From positions 166,224,001 through 166,288,000 of the forward strand of contig CM059425.1 in the NCBI GenBank assembly GCA_030390025.1: 64,000 nucleotides of DNA, read 5' to 3'. Every line of letters begins with the position of its first letter. Within the stretch, counting starts at the first letter, position 1. The notes beneath the pieces are model-generated. The model searched no databases, was not told the origin of the DNA, and saw nothing but the letters and a program-made list of their open reading frames with translations. This document shows, piece after piece, positions 23,584-35,889 of this stretch. Position numbers and translations under genes: made by a program. Origin of the DNA: Squalus acanthias (taxonomy: Eukaryota).

Positions 23584-25825
23584 GGGCTGGATTTTGCCGG
23601 TGTTCAGAGGTCGGGTTTGGAGGCGGGTCCACTGTCAAAATAGCAAAGATTGACAGCTATTGGTCTAGAACCAGTAGGAAACCCGCTGTCAACCCGCCTC
23701 CACGCGAGTCTCCCAGGTGTCGGGTCTGTCAGTGGAGAACTGACCCGACACCAAGCGGTGGGGGAGACAATTGAGCTCATTAAATGGCCTGTGAAGAGCC
23801 AATTTAATGGTATTTTGAGGTTTCCTTCCAATTTTACCTGCTCCCCCACGGGTTACCCGCTGTTCGGGGAAAACGCCAGTTCACCCTGGCGTGGGTTGAG
23901 TTTGCTCTGATGCATCTGATAAGCTGACAGCTGCAGAAGTGGTGTGAAGGATGCCATGTTGCAGATGTTGCAGAGCACAGAAACTGTTGGTAACTGCATT
24001 TGTAAGATATATAGGGGGAGAAATTCGGTATCGCCCCGTTTGGGGCGCAATTATCGGCCAGGCGCAAAGATTAGTGCCTGGCGCTAATTATCGCCTCCAA
24101 CTGCAAACCTGGCCTCTGTCACCCCTGGAGGCGATTGGAGCGCTAAATCAGGCGCTACACACCTCTCTTAAGGTGCTAACGCCGAGGAGCGAGGCGCTAC
24201 CTCAGAGCGCTGGCGAAGCTCAGGTGATGTCAGTTAGCAATGGAACACAGACACACTGGCGCCAGCCAGTTCTTAAAGGGGAGGGTCGATCTTGCTCTCC
24301 AGCCACACCCTGCTCATTGCAGTCTTGAATCTCGGCCTGGAGAGACCTGTACATCAATTCTGCTGGAAAGAACAATGGAGAGGCCCAGGGAAAGAGCTCA
24401 GAGTGCAGCCCCCATTGTCTCTTCTAAATCGATGCAAGGAAAGTCAAATCCAAATGAACCTGCAAAGTGCTGCTCAGTACCCAAAACTCCTTCACACAGC
24501 GTTGAATCTCTCCAGAAGTCTCTCTCTCTCTCTCTCTCAGAATGCGTGGTGCAAAAATGGTTCTCTTCCGCCCTAGGAAGGGAAGAGAACCTCCGTGCAT
24601 GCTGTGACTCCCTCCATAAGCATATGAAGGGAGTCATTGGAGAGCTTGGGTGCAACCGTCCACCTTTGTGCAGTGCTTGTCAGTGTTTGCAGCACCTCAA
24701 TTATTTGAAAGAAAACTACTGGGCAGAAAGTGCTCAGAAGTAAAGAAAAATATCCCATCAGTACAGTTGATTGCACGGTACTGAGTCAACAGAAATTAGC
24801 CACAGGGCTCATGCTTAAACCGTACAATCCAAAAAGAGATCACAGCTCTGGGCAAAAGTATCAAGTCTAGTTTTTGGGAGAGGCTGAGGCTTTCAAGTGA
24901 AAACTTGAATGATGGCATTAAAAGCCACAAAAAATTATATAGATAAATTTAAACTGATTGGTGTTGTTGTAAGTTACATGTGTTAAAGCAACACTGGTCC
25001 GAAAATCTTGTCATTCAAATTAAATTAATCTTTCATATTTTTCCTTTGGAGTAGACGAAAGGTCTGAAATTCCTGGAGTTCCACTCTGAGAGCGGACGTG
25101 AGGCAGAGAGAAACTTCTATCTGTCTTTGGAGCCTGACACATACCCTGTCCCAAATTACTAGGGACGGGATCATTTAAATACTTGAAGCAGGTGGCCTTT
25201 GCCTGTAAGGATGCATCGATGGCACCCACCCCAATAATGGCCGGGAAGATTGGAGTGACAGGGAGGTTCTCTTCCCTTCCAAGGGCGGAAGAGACCTCCC
25301 TAGGACACCAACTTACCTTGCACCTCCACCCAACCCTCTCTATCTACTTTATCACTTCCCCACCTCACTAGCCACCCCTCACACTCACCCTCATCCTACT
25401 GCAAGCATACCAACTAACAACACACAAGGGTGGGCACTTGAGAGGTTTAGCCAATGTCCATGTGAAGTTTCTGGTAATGTGTTGTCATACTGTGAAATCG
25501 CTTTTTCCAAAAGTGCCCCTTATTGGACAGATCTGAGCGCACCTTGAGAAGTGTCTTACTGAGTTCCAGTGAATGTTCAGTCATAACTCAACCACCCCCC
25601 GCTCAAGAGGTGAGCTGGCGTGTTCCCCGAACAGCGGGTGACCTGTGGGGGGAGAAGGTAAAATTAGAAGGAAGCCTAAAAATACTCTTAAATTGGCTCT
25701 TAACAAGCCATTTAAGTAGCTGAATTGTCTCCCCCGCCGGTTGGTGTCGGGTCAGTTCTGCGCTGACAGACCCGACACCTGGGAGACTCGCGTGGAGGCG
25801 GGTTGACAGCAGGTTTCCTACGGGC
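23584..25825. mobile_element. Harbinger-type element with long subterminal inverted repeats and nested fragments
   Basis: Starts GGGCTGGATTTT; about 23672-23886 is an imperfect inverted repeat of about 25609-25822. Confidence 0.65.
24014..24405 (+). mobile_element. 5' fragment of a Harbinger element related to 38839-41470
   Basis: GGGGGAGAAATTCGGTATCGCCC start; collinear with about 38839-39225. Confidence 0.75.
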
Positions 25826-25835
25826 CATTATGGGC

Positions 25836-28052
25836 CATTACATTTTGGTAGAAAGAATAGGGAGGTCACTTATTACTTGGAGGGTGCGAGTCTAGGTGGG
25901 GTAGAGGAACAAAGGGATCTCGGAGTACAAATACACAAATCACTAAAAGTTGCGACACAGGTTAGCAAGGCCATAAAAAAGGCAAACCAAGCACAAGGGT
26001 TCATTTCAAGAGGTATAGAACTGAAAAGTAGGGAAGTAAACCTGTATTGAACCTTGGTTAGACCACACTTGGAGTACTGCATGCAGTTCTGGTCGCCATA
26101 TTATAAAAAGGATACAGAGGCACTGGAGAGGGTGCAGAGAAGATTTACAAGGATGATACCAGAAATGCGAGGGTATACCTATCAGGAAAGGATGAACAGG
26201 CTGGGTCTCTTTTTTCTTGAAAAAAGGCTGAGGGGTGACCTAATAGAGGTCTTTAAAATTATGAAAGGTTTTGATACAGTGGTACAGAGAGAATGGGGGC
26301 GATTTTCCCAGCCCCGAGGAGGCGGGTTTGGAGGCGGGACAGTTGGCAAAATCTGAGGGCGGTTCGGAACCCGCCTCCAACCCGCCTCCGCGCAATTTTG
26401 CCGGAGGCGGGTTTGATGGGTGCGATTCGGTCCCGCCTCCATCAGTCGGGAGAGGTAATTAAGACCCTTAAATAGTCGTTAAGGGCCTCTATAATCCTAT
26501 TTTGAGAGGCCTTCATTATTTTACCACATTTTGTGCATGTTGCACAACCCTCCTAAACCACGCCAGCTAATCCTGGTGGGTTGACAAGTGGGTGGCCTCC
26601 TCACAGCTGCAGCTCGACCATTAAAACGGAGCTTTCATCAGGGAGCAGTTGCAGGTGGCAGAACCTTTGTTCCACAGCTCTTTCAGCACTTTTAGCAGGC
26701 CTACTGAAGTCGGAGGTGCTGCAGCATCTATCTCTCAACTGTGGGACCTCCTTGAAAGACCCTCTTCCCTGCTTGGACTGAGCGCTTCCCCAACGGAGGT
26801 ATCTGCCAGCAGCATGGGAACCATTTATTTCCTTTCACTGTGGACCTCAGATTCGGATGAGGAGCAGCCACGGCAGCAGCAGAACCAGGCAGCTCAGCAG
26901 CAACAGCAGCAGGAGCCCCAACCTCCTGCTCACCCACCTGATGCTGCACAGGGCAGAAGGCGCCAGCGCATGGAAGCACGTTGTGCAAGGAATGCACTCA
27001 TCCTGGCCAGATTTGCATAGGTTGCCCATTGTGGCACATGTGCTTGGCTCCTTAACACATGATAGACAATGGACATGACTCTCTGGCCTCCTTTCACTCT
27101 GACCACCAACCTGACCACGCAAGTGTCGTGGAGCCCGCAATGTGGAGCTGCCTAAGCCAAAATAACAGATGCCATCACGCCAACAGTTTGCCATCACCTA
27201 ATTTTAATACATTCCCACAGGGATGGCATTTCATCAATAAACAGAAACAATCACCCAATCTGCACACAGATCTGGAGGTTATATCCCTTGCCAGCTGGAC
27301 CCACACAGCCTTGGTTTCTTTGGGAGGCCTCTTCCTCCCAGATGAGGGGAAGAGCACCTCCCTGCTGGCTCTCACCCCCTCAACCAGCATACCCAGCGCC
27401 TCATCCGAGAACCTCGGGGAGGCCCTTGCCTTGGAGCTGGCCATTCTTCAAGGAGATAACAGCTTGGAGGTGGTGCAGCATCGACCAAAAACCAGTGGAA
27501 TGAGCCAAGGCAGCAAGCAGCCCTTAAATGAAGCTGGATAAGTGACGTCAGCAGAGGCGAGTTTCAGTCCCAAAACACTAATTGGCCCAGGGGAACCCAC
27601 ACCTCTGAAAGTAACTGGCCAATTAGGGGAAAATCGCAAATTTTTCCCACCTGACAGTGGAGGCGGGTTTGGAAACCACCCAAACCGAAACCCACCTCCA
27701 ATGGGAAAATCGTGCCCAATGTTTCCAATTGTGGGGAAGAGCATAACTAGAGGCCATCAATATAAGATAATCACCAAGAAATCCAATAGGGAATTCAGAA
27801 GAAACTTCTTTACCCAGAGAGTGGTGAGAATGTGGAACTCGCTAACACAGGGAGTGGTTGAAGCGAATAGTATAGATGCATTTAAGGGGAGGCTAGACAA
27901 GCATATGAGAGAGAAGGGAATAGAGGGTTATGCTGATAGAGTTAGATGAGGAAAGACGAGAGGAGGCTCGAGTAGAGCATAAACGCCGGCATGGACTGGT
28001 TGGGCCGACTGGCCTGTTTCTGTGCCATATATCCTATGTAATCCTATGTAAT
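25836..28052 (+). mobile_element. CR1 3' fragment split by a Harbinger element
   Basis: ACAGAGAGAAT/GTTTCCAATTGTGGGG rejoins across 26295-27717; (ATCCTATGTA)n tail. Confidence 0.9.
26295..27717. mobile_element. Internally deleted Harbinger transposon
   Basis: 16-bp TIR GGGGGCGATTTTCCCA / TGGGAAAATCGTGCCC (2 mismatches); TSD AAT; Myb-like remnant RASPRFSDEAL (-), transposase remnants (+). Confidence 0.9.
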
Positions 28053-28415
28053 TTCTTTTGATACACTGGGGTAGAAACCAGCAGGTCATGGAGATTAAAA
28101 GTGGTCAATACATGGGATGGACCTATGGATAAAGTAGTGGAGGCAACATTCCTGGAATCATCTAAGAAACAACTGGATGCTGTGATGAAGGTGCGTTCCG
28201 TATGGATGAGCTAGAATGGGCTGAATGACCTCACTTATCCATATATCTTGTGGTCTGGTACTAAGCACTTTACATTCAAAAGTGCTGTCTTTAAACAAAA
28301 CTTACAACTGTAAAGTGTAGTATGACATTTCTTGCATATTGTATGAAAGAATACAATACAGATACTCTTTGGCTCAGTTACTGACAACAGTTTTTGTACT
28401 TCATGTAATAGACGA

Positions 28416-28434
28416 TGGCACCCTCTAGTGGATG
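28416..28434 (-). promoter_or_regulatory. CTCF-like motif
   Basis: Minus strand CCACTAGAGGGTGCCA, near the consensus CCASYAGRKGGCR. Confidence 0.4.
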
Positions 28435-28530
28435 GGTATAAATTTACACTTTATATAAATAATATCAAGAATTGGAGGCTTCAGTCATGAAGAGAGACTA
28501 GGGAAACTGGGGCTGGTTTCATTAGAAGAA

Positions 28531-29529
28531 GAGGAGGACATAAAAAACCTACAAGGGGATATAGACAGGCTGGGTGAGTGGGCGGAGATTTGGCAGATGC
28601 AATACAATATTGGAAAATGTGAGGTTATGCACTTTGGCAAGAAAAATCAGAGAGCAAGTTATTATCTTAATGGCGAGAAACTGGAAAGTACTGCAGTACA
28701 AAGGGATCTGGGGGTCCTAGTGCAAGAAAATCAAAAAGTTAGTATGCAGGTGCAGCAGGTGATCAAGAAGGCCAACGGAATGTTGGCTTTTATTGCTAGG
28801 GGGATAGATTATAAAAACAGGGAGGTATTGCTGCAGTTATATAGGTATTGGTGAGACCGCACCTGGAATACTGCATACAGTTTTGGTGTCCATACTTAAG
28901 AAAAGACATACTTGCTCTCGAGGCAGTACAAAGAAGGTTCACTCGGTTAATCCCGGGGATGAGGGGGTGGACATATGAGGAGAGGTTGAGTAGATTGGGA
29001 CTCTACTCATTGGAGTTCAGAAGAATGAGAGGCGATCTTATTGAAACATATAAGATTGTGAAGGGGCTTGATCGGGTGGATGCGGTAAGGATGTTCCCAA
29101 GGATGGGTGAAACTAGAACTAGGGGGCATAATCTTAGAATAAGGGGCTGCTCTTTCAAAACTGAGATGAGGAGAAACTTCTTCACTCAGAGGGTAGTAGG
29201 TCTGTGGAATTTGCTGCCCCAGGAAGCTGTGGAAGCTACATCATTAAATAAATGTAAAACAAAAATAGACAGTTTCCTAGAAGTAAAGGGAATTAGGGGT
29301 TACGGGGAGCGGGCAGGAAATTGGACATGAGGCTGAGTTCGGATCGGTCGAGGCCCTGTGGGTGGCGTAGCGGGCCCAGGGGCTGAGTGGCCAGGTCCTA
29401 CTCCTACTTCTTGTGTTCTTTAGATTTGAGGTGAGGATCAGATCAGCCATGATCTTATTGAGTGGCGGAGCAGGCTCGAAGGGCCGATTGGCCTACTCCT
29501 GCTCCTATTTCTTATGTTCTTATGTTCTT
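28531..29529 (+). mobile_element. CR1 3' fragment with duplicated 3' tail
   Basis: WQMQYNIGKCEVMHFG, ORFs 28597-28854 and 28848-29330; (TTCTTATG)n tail. Confidence 0.92.
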
Positions 29530-29900
29530 AAAGAATATTATGAGGGGAGCTGATGGAGATGTTAAAAATTATGAGGGGTTTTGATAAGGAAAAACTATTT
29601 CCATTGGTTGTCGAGTTAGTAACGAGCGGACACAAGTTTATCATCATGACTAAAAGGAGAAAGGGAGAGGCGAGTAGAATTCTTTTCTCCAGGTTTGTTA
29701 AGCATGAGATCAGGAACAATGGTGGAAGTAGAATCCATAATAGCTTTTAACAGGGAAGTGGACGAATATTTAAAAAGGAAAGAAAATATGAAAAAAGCCA
29801 ATCGGGAAAGGACAAGAGAATGGGTCTAAGTACTACTAGGAAAATTCTTTCAGTGTCAGGACAGACACATTGGCTAAATGGTCTTCTGACATGTAAACTT
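29530..29900 (+). mobile_element. Old CR1 3' fragment
   Basis: KIMRGFDKEKLFPLV. Confidence 0.6.
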
Positions 29901-30741
29901 CAATGATTGCAAATATTTGTACAGTTTAAACAGAACAAATGAAAACTGCCTCAGTTATTTCCAGTGAAAGAATGGGACGAGTGTCAGTACTTCGACTGTT
30001 CCTCATATAATTAAATATGTGCCATCTCGTGACAATTACAGGTTTGTAATATATACAGACTTTTCTATCTCACATCATTCAGTTAAATAAATCCTAATGT
30101 GATTGTTTCTCAAGTTCAGCTGTGGGAAGCTCTGATTTACAGTCTCGTCCTGTTAATTCAAAGTTTGAAAAAAAATAAACTTTCCAATAGTTTGAGTTAA
30201 GCAATTATGACGAAATAGCACAGCGAAACATTTAAGGTATAGTAAAAATGCAATAAAACATCAAAGCAACAATTGAAATGTGCATAATCGTAACTCAAGC
30301 ATTGCACAAGCTCTGCCACACAAAATTCAGTCATTTCACAAAATACTCTGACCGCAACTTGTTTCCTGCCAGCATAGGGATAGAGTAGGCCATTCAGCTC
30401 CTCGAGCCTATTCAATTAGATCATGGCTGATCTGTACCTCGACTCAATTTATCGCCTTTGCTCCATCTCCCTTGATGCCCAACACCACATTCATCCACAA
30501 ATTATTTAACGCAGAGAATAGTTACAATGGGAAATCTTGCTTAATAGTCAGCCACTCTCTCAGCAATTGCGCAGGCTGCTATTAATGAGAGTGAAGAGGA
30601 GCGAGTGGATCCAGTGAGCAGACAGAGATAAACTTACCCCCATCATTGCCATGGATCCAATCCTGTGCAAAGCTCCTGCAGAAAGTCGACAATTGGGTGA
30701 GTGAGAAAAATTTTCATCAGGAGTGTCTGCATCATTTGATT

Positions 30742-30900
30742 GAAAGAAAGAACTTCCATTTATATAGCACTTTACACCATCTCAGAATTCTCAGTGCTTC
30801 ACAGCCAATTAAATACTTTTGAAGTGTAGTCACTGTTGTAGTGTAGGGAATCACAGCAGCCAATTTGCGCACAGCGAGATCGCACAGACAGCAATAAGTC
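30742..30900 (-). mobile_element. Deu-domain SINE 3' fragment
   Basis: Matches about 54517-54680; another fragment at about 15370-15480. Confidence 0.7.
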
Positions 30901-30959
30901 AAATAATGCAGCTACTCACAAACACCACCAGTCATCCACATCTTTTTGTTTATTCTGTA

Positions 30960-31300
30960 GGTTACAGGCTGAGTAACAACATCCCCAAATCATAGGGGGT
31001 TTTGGAATTCCCAAACACGAGCAGCTTTCTCGTTGCCCCTCCAGCTAGGGCTCTGCTTCGATGCAGCTTGTAAAAAAAAGCCAGTTTCATCAACATTAAA
31101 AATGTCTTCTGGCTTAGAACGAGATTTATCACTCACCCAGTTGTTGACACTTTCTGTGGGAACGCTGCTTGCCTCCCTATATGTGGACATGGACTTGATT
31201 GTGCAGCAGTTTTTTACGTTTTTAAAATCCACGATTCAAAAACAAAGTTGGTTCCAAATTCCTTGGTGAATTAATTTGCCTTTTCGACAAGATGAGGCAG
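30960..31300 (-). mobile_element. Pogo/Tigger transposase remnant
   Basis: PEDIFNVDETGFF motif typical of DDE_1 pogo-family transposases. Confidence 0.65.
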
Positions 31301-31486
31301 GATAGCCCAGGAAGGTTAACTGCTGTGGCCTCTTGAATCAGGATGAATTCGAGTTAAGTAGCAGATTTCATTGGTCAGGACCCAATGTGGTGGGAATTAA
31401 CCAATAATTCAAATTAAGAGGTTAGAATTAAGCAACAAATTTTCAGTATACTTTTTACTGGAGGTAATTATGGCACAATTTCAATA

Positions 31487-31656
31487 CAGTTAACTCTTCT
31501 TAATTCAAAGTTGTTTAATTCAAACTATCTGTTAATATGAATGCTTCCTATGCTGTTTTATTTAAATTGCTTAATTGGTATTACTGAATAATTCAAATAT
31601 TTTGAGCAAAAAATGACTCAATTAATGGGAGTAGACTTTGAATTAAGAGTAGACTG
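31487..31656. mobile_element. Tigger-like MITE
   Basis: TA followed by CAGTTAACTCTTCTTAATTCAAAGT ... ACTTTGAATTAAGAGTAGACTG imperfect TIRs. Confidence 0.55.
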
Positions 31657-32399
31657 TGACAATTTTCCATGACTACTTCTTCAAAAACCAATTAAAACAG
31701 TAAGAAATTAATCATTTGCATTTTTTAATTTGTTCCAGGGAGGTGGGTGACATTGGCAAGGCTGTATTTATTGCACATCGCGAGCTGTCCTGAGAAGGTG
31801 GTGGTGGGACTTCTTCTTGTCCTTCTTGGTGGGAGATGTTGAGGGTCTGGGAAATGCTGTCGAAGTAAAGAATAAATTAAACTGGAGTGGGCTAAGGTCA
31901 GGGAAAACATTTCTCAGGCTTTGTTTATAGAGTAACATGAACCCTTTGATGTGCTGCAGCGTTGACACCTTCTGCAGACAATGCTAGCAGCAAAATTAAA
32001 CAGGAGAAATCAGACTTCCTCTTTTGACTAGATTTTTTTTGTCAGTTGTTCAATGGCCAACTATTAGAACATGAGCAAATACAAGTAGAGGCCATCAGTC
32101 CATCAAGTTCATTCCACTCAGAGACATTGTATGACTATTCTATAATGAACCCCTCCCTGCTCACCAACACTCGATTACATCCAACACTAAGAGAGTAAAT
32201 TTCTGATTTCATGCTTTCGGTAGGGAATTTTTTGACTGTAAAATCAGCTGAAGCTGAATTTTCGATATGAGCTGTTGTGGACGAGGCTCTCCATCAAGAG
32301 CGTGATGTTGCAAAATTGACCCTTGAGCTCCATCCACTGCCTTCCCCAGAGATAAATCAAGCAGTGCTATTAATACTGTACAACACTCAATCCTGCTCG

Positions 32400-32900
32400 T
32401 CAACAAATTCTCATCCAGATCCTTTTAAAGGTATCAATTGTCTTCAACTCAATGGCCTTCTCTGGAAGTTTGTTTCACATTCCACTGACCTGTGGGAGAA
32501 AAAAGTTTTTTTTTCCTCTTCTCTAATCTTGCTGGAGGCTTGTGAATTTTGTATTTGTGTCCTTTAATTCTATTGTCATTGTCCAAGTTAAACATCTTGC
32601 TTGCTTCAACTTGATCCCTACTTTTCATTATTTTAAATCCCTGTTTCATATCTCCCCATAATCATTTATTCAGCAAAAATAAACTTGGTTGCTTGAACCT
32701 TTCTTCATAACTTCGTCCCCTAAAACCTGAAATTATTTAGTTCATTCTTCTCTGAACCCTTTCAATATCATTTTTGAAGTAAAGTGACTGCAGAGCATGC
32801 ACCACTACTTGCCTCACTGTTGAGCTGTACAATGTTGATATAACTTGTTCTGATTTATAATCCCGTGCCCTATAGATGCAACAAGTACCTGACTTTTTTA
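32400..32900 (-). mobile_element. Old CR1 fragment
   Basis: FKIMKS...RIKGHKYKI in ORF 32449-32649. Confidence 0.55.
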
Positions 32901-33053
32901 TTTATTGATTAACTGCTTCTCACTGATCAGATGTATTCAGGTTAAGAGCAAAGACCATTCCTAAATCATTTTCTTTTTCAGCTTCTGCCAATGAGAACTC
33001 TTTTGTCTTAGCCATGTTTACTGTTAACTGTTCCTATATGAATTAACCTGTAC

Positions 33054-33879
33054 GGGCTGGATTTTCCAAGCCCCGAGCAGGCGGGCATGGAGGCGGGACA
33101 GCCGGTAAATTAGGAGAAAGTGGGGGCGGATGGCAAACCCACCCCCATCCCGCCTCCGTGCCCATTTGCCAGGAGGTGGGAAGATGTGCAGCTTCGGGTC
33201 CCGTCTCCTGGAGGCGGGAAAGGCATTTAATCCTTTTAACTGCCTGTTAACAGGTAGTTAACAGGCAGAAAAAATGATTAGTGCCATTTTACCTTCACAG
33301 GTGAAGGCTTCCCGACCTCGGAGAACCCCGCCGGGTTGGAGGAGGTCTGCAGTGGTCGGAGGCACCTGGAAGTAAGGTGTAGAGGTGAGTGATGGGTGCA
33401 AGTGTGGAGTGGTAAGTATGCAAGGTGAGTGATAAGTTTAAAAAAAAGTGTTCACTTACCTTGTTTTCCTTCCATAGCCTTTAGCCGCGCTGGATGGGGA
33501 GAGCGGACATCCTCCTCGTCAATTTCAGGTAATGGCTGATGGACCCTCCGATCCATCAGACACCTGAAATTTATAAATTTGCAATGTTTGATGAGTCCTC
33601 CCCACAAAGACTCAGCAAACTAAAGAGAATGTCAGTGTTTGACAGCTTCACAGAGCTGTCAAATGCTGTCATTTCTTCTTTCAAGAAGTCTTGACAGATA
33701 GCACGTCTGACGTTGATGTGATCTGTCAGTGACTTCTTCCCTAATTGGCCTGCTGAGCCCGCAGGGCGGGCTTAACAAGCTCAATCAGGGGAAAATCCCT
33801 CTGAATGGTCAGGCGAGGATGGAGGTGGGACATTGACACGACAAGCAGCAGTCCCGCCTCCATTCACAAAATCCAGCCC
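33054..33879. mobile_element. Non-autonomous Harbinger element
   Basis: Perfect 12-bp TIR GGGCTGGATTTT / AAAATCCAGCCC; flanks TAC / TAG. Confidence 0.85.
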
Positions 33880-34437
33880 TAGTGTCCTACATTAAAATTT
33901 ATCTACATAATCAATCCAAGTCTATTAAAGATAATCAGCCTCCCCATAGAGCAAATTCAATTATAGTACTACAGAGACTCTGCTCCATATCATTAAAATA
34001 TTGTGAACTGCAGGGCTTCCAGAGCAGATCCTTGTGGAACACCAGTGGTTATTTCTCCAGGTAGAGCATTTTCCATTTATCACCACCACCTGTCTTTTGT
34101 AGCTAAGCCAATTGTCAATCCTGTAGATAATTTGTCATTTATTCATGAGTCTTAACCTTCCTTATTAATGTCACTTGAGGAAATTTGTCCATTTTGAAAA
34201 TCAGAGTAACCTTCATTTACTGGATTACACATAGTTTAGTTACCGCCGCTTCAAAGCATTCCAGTAAGTTGAAAAAGTTGCAGCCTATTATTGCTAAAAC
34301 TATGCTGACTGCTCCTTATAAACTAAGGAGGCAATAGGGTTTTTTGGGGTAGAGTTGGCTCCAAGATGATCTACCTGGTCATGAGAGATTGTAACTTAGT
34401 CAGTCCTCTGTAGAAGTTAAAATCCAGCATGTGCATA

Positions 34438-34590
34438 GGGGTGAAATTGGTCAACGCCAGTAGCGTAAAATGGGCTGATAGCAAATCGGCAGCTCAATTT
34501 TCTGTGCCATAAGTCAGTGGAAAAGAAAACCAAGCGCCGATTCATTATTAGCTTGTTTTACGCTACTGACGTTGACAAATTTCAACCCCC
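34438..34590. mobile_element. Palindromic mini-MITE (about 150 bp)
   Basis: GGGGTGAAATTGGTCAACGCCAGTAGCGTAAAA ... TTTTACGCTACTGACGTTGACAAATTTCAACCCC. Confidence 0.75.
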
Positions 34591-35089
34591 CCGTGTATCT
34601 GATACCTGAACCAAGCAGGCTTGCAGTACTCCAAGACACTATTGATGACTGATCAGCTCATTAATGGAGACTTGGATTCTTCCCACTCAGCTAGAGAAAC
34701 CCCGTGAGCAATGTTCCAATGCACTGAATGGCTCTGATGTTCAAACAGTTATTACTTCTCTGTGCTGGTAAGCTATGTGGTTTTAGCCAGATAAAATCCA
34801 GCATGTTCATGGGAGTCCCTAAGCTGTGGCACCTGCTAACTATCATCTAAGTTCTTTGGATTTAGGTAAGTGGGATGAGTCCTTACAAAAATAAGGTGGG
34901 CACATCATATCAGGTGAATGGGAATTCTAATTATATGGCTTTCTCAGTAGTTTGCTTTGGAAACTCTCAAGTATAGTGACATAGAATTATGGAATATTAC
35001 AGCACAGAAGAAAACCATTGGGCCTGTTATGCCAAAGCCAGCTCTCTGAAAGAGCTATTCACTTAGTCTCATCCCCTTTCCTTGACATC

Positions 35090-35808
35090 TTCCTGAAGTA
35101 GGGCGCCGTACGTGGCTGTAAGTGCCCCGCAAGTTCTGGGTTTCCGCATGCGATGCGCATGCGCGAAAACCCAGAACTTGCGGTCTGTCAAGTTTCAGCT
35201 TGACAGATCCACCGCATCCCCGGGAAATGGACATTCGCTGGCGGAGAGTGCCCAACTACTGCCCAGTGAATGCCCGGGAAACCCTTAAACGTAAAGCCTT
35301 CTTTTATCAGTGTAAGAGTTTAAATAAATATTAAAATAATTTAAAAAAAATTTAAACATAAAAAAACCTTTAAAATTAGTTGGTTATTTTTAGCCCCTTT
35401 AGAAATGTTTAAATTTATTTTTGAAAAAATTAAATTTTTGTTTTAATTGTTTTATTAAATTGTATTTTAATTAATTTTGAACATGTAATGATTTATTTTT
35501 ATTTAACTGGTGTGGAATTGTGATTTTTAGGGGATTCCTATTCATGCTTATGGGGATTCCGTACGTAAATGGAACCCCCATAAGCACAATGGGATTCCCT
35601 CTTTTTGATTGTTTGGGCTGGCCCATGTGATCCCAGGGTGCTTACGAACCATGTGCGCCCCGGGATACGTGGGCCTTTACGCAGGTGTACACGTAGAGGC
35701 CCAGGAGCACAAGTGTCCGAACTTCTGGGACCATCAGGTAGGTTCGTACTTTTCTTGCGGTTCGGAGGCATTCGCCCGCGGGAAGCCTCCGACTGCAAAT
35801 TCAGGCCC
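35090..35808. mobile_element. MITE with GC-rich arms and AT-rich core, related to 46252-46965
   Basis: Shared right end GCGGGAAGCCTCCGA..GGCCC followed by ATT; same architecture; left end uncertain. Confidence 0.65.
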
Positions 35809-35889
35809 ATTTAGTTGACTCAAAACATTTTGTCTGAATGATCCACAAGGATCAGGGCTGGGACCACTTTCTAAATTTACGGATCACAC

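Noticed and set aside
30638..30676. Minus-strand exon with GTAAGT donor
   Set aside because: Resembles the Harbinger Myb-gene remnant near 9160; no evidence of a host exon
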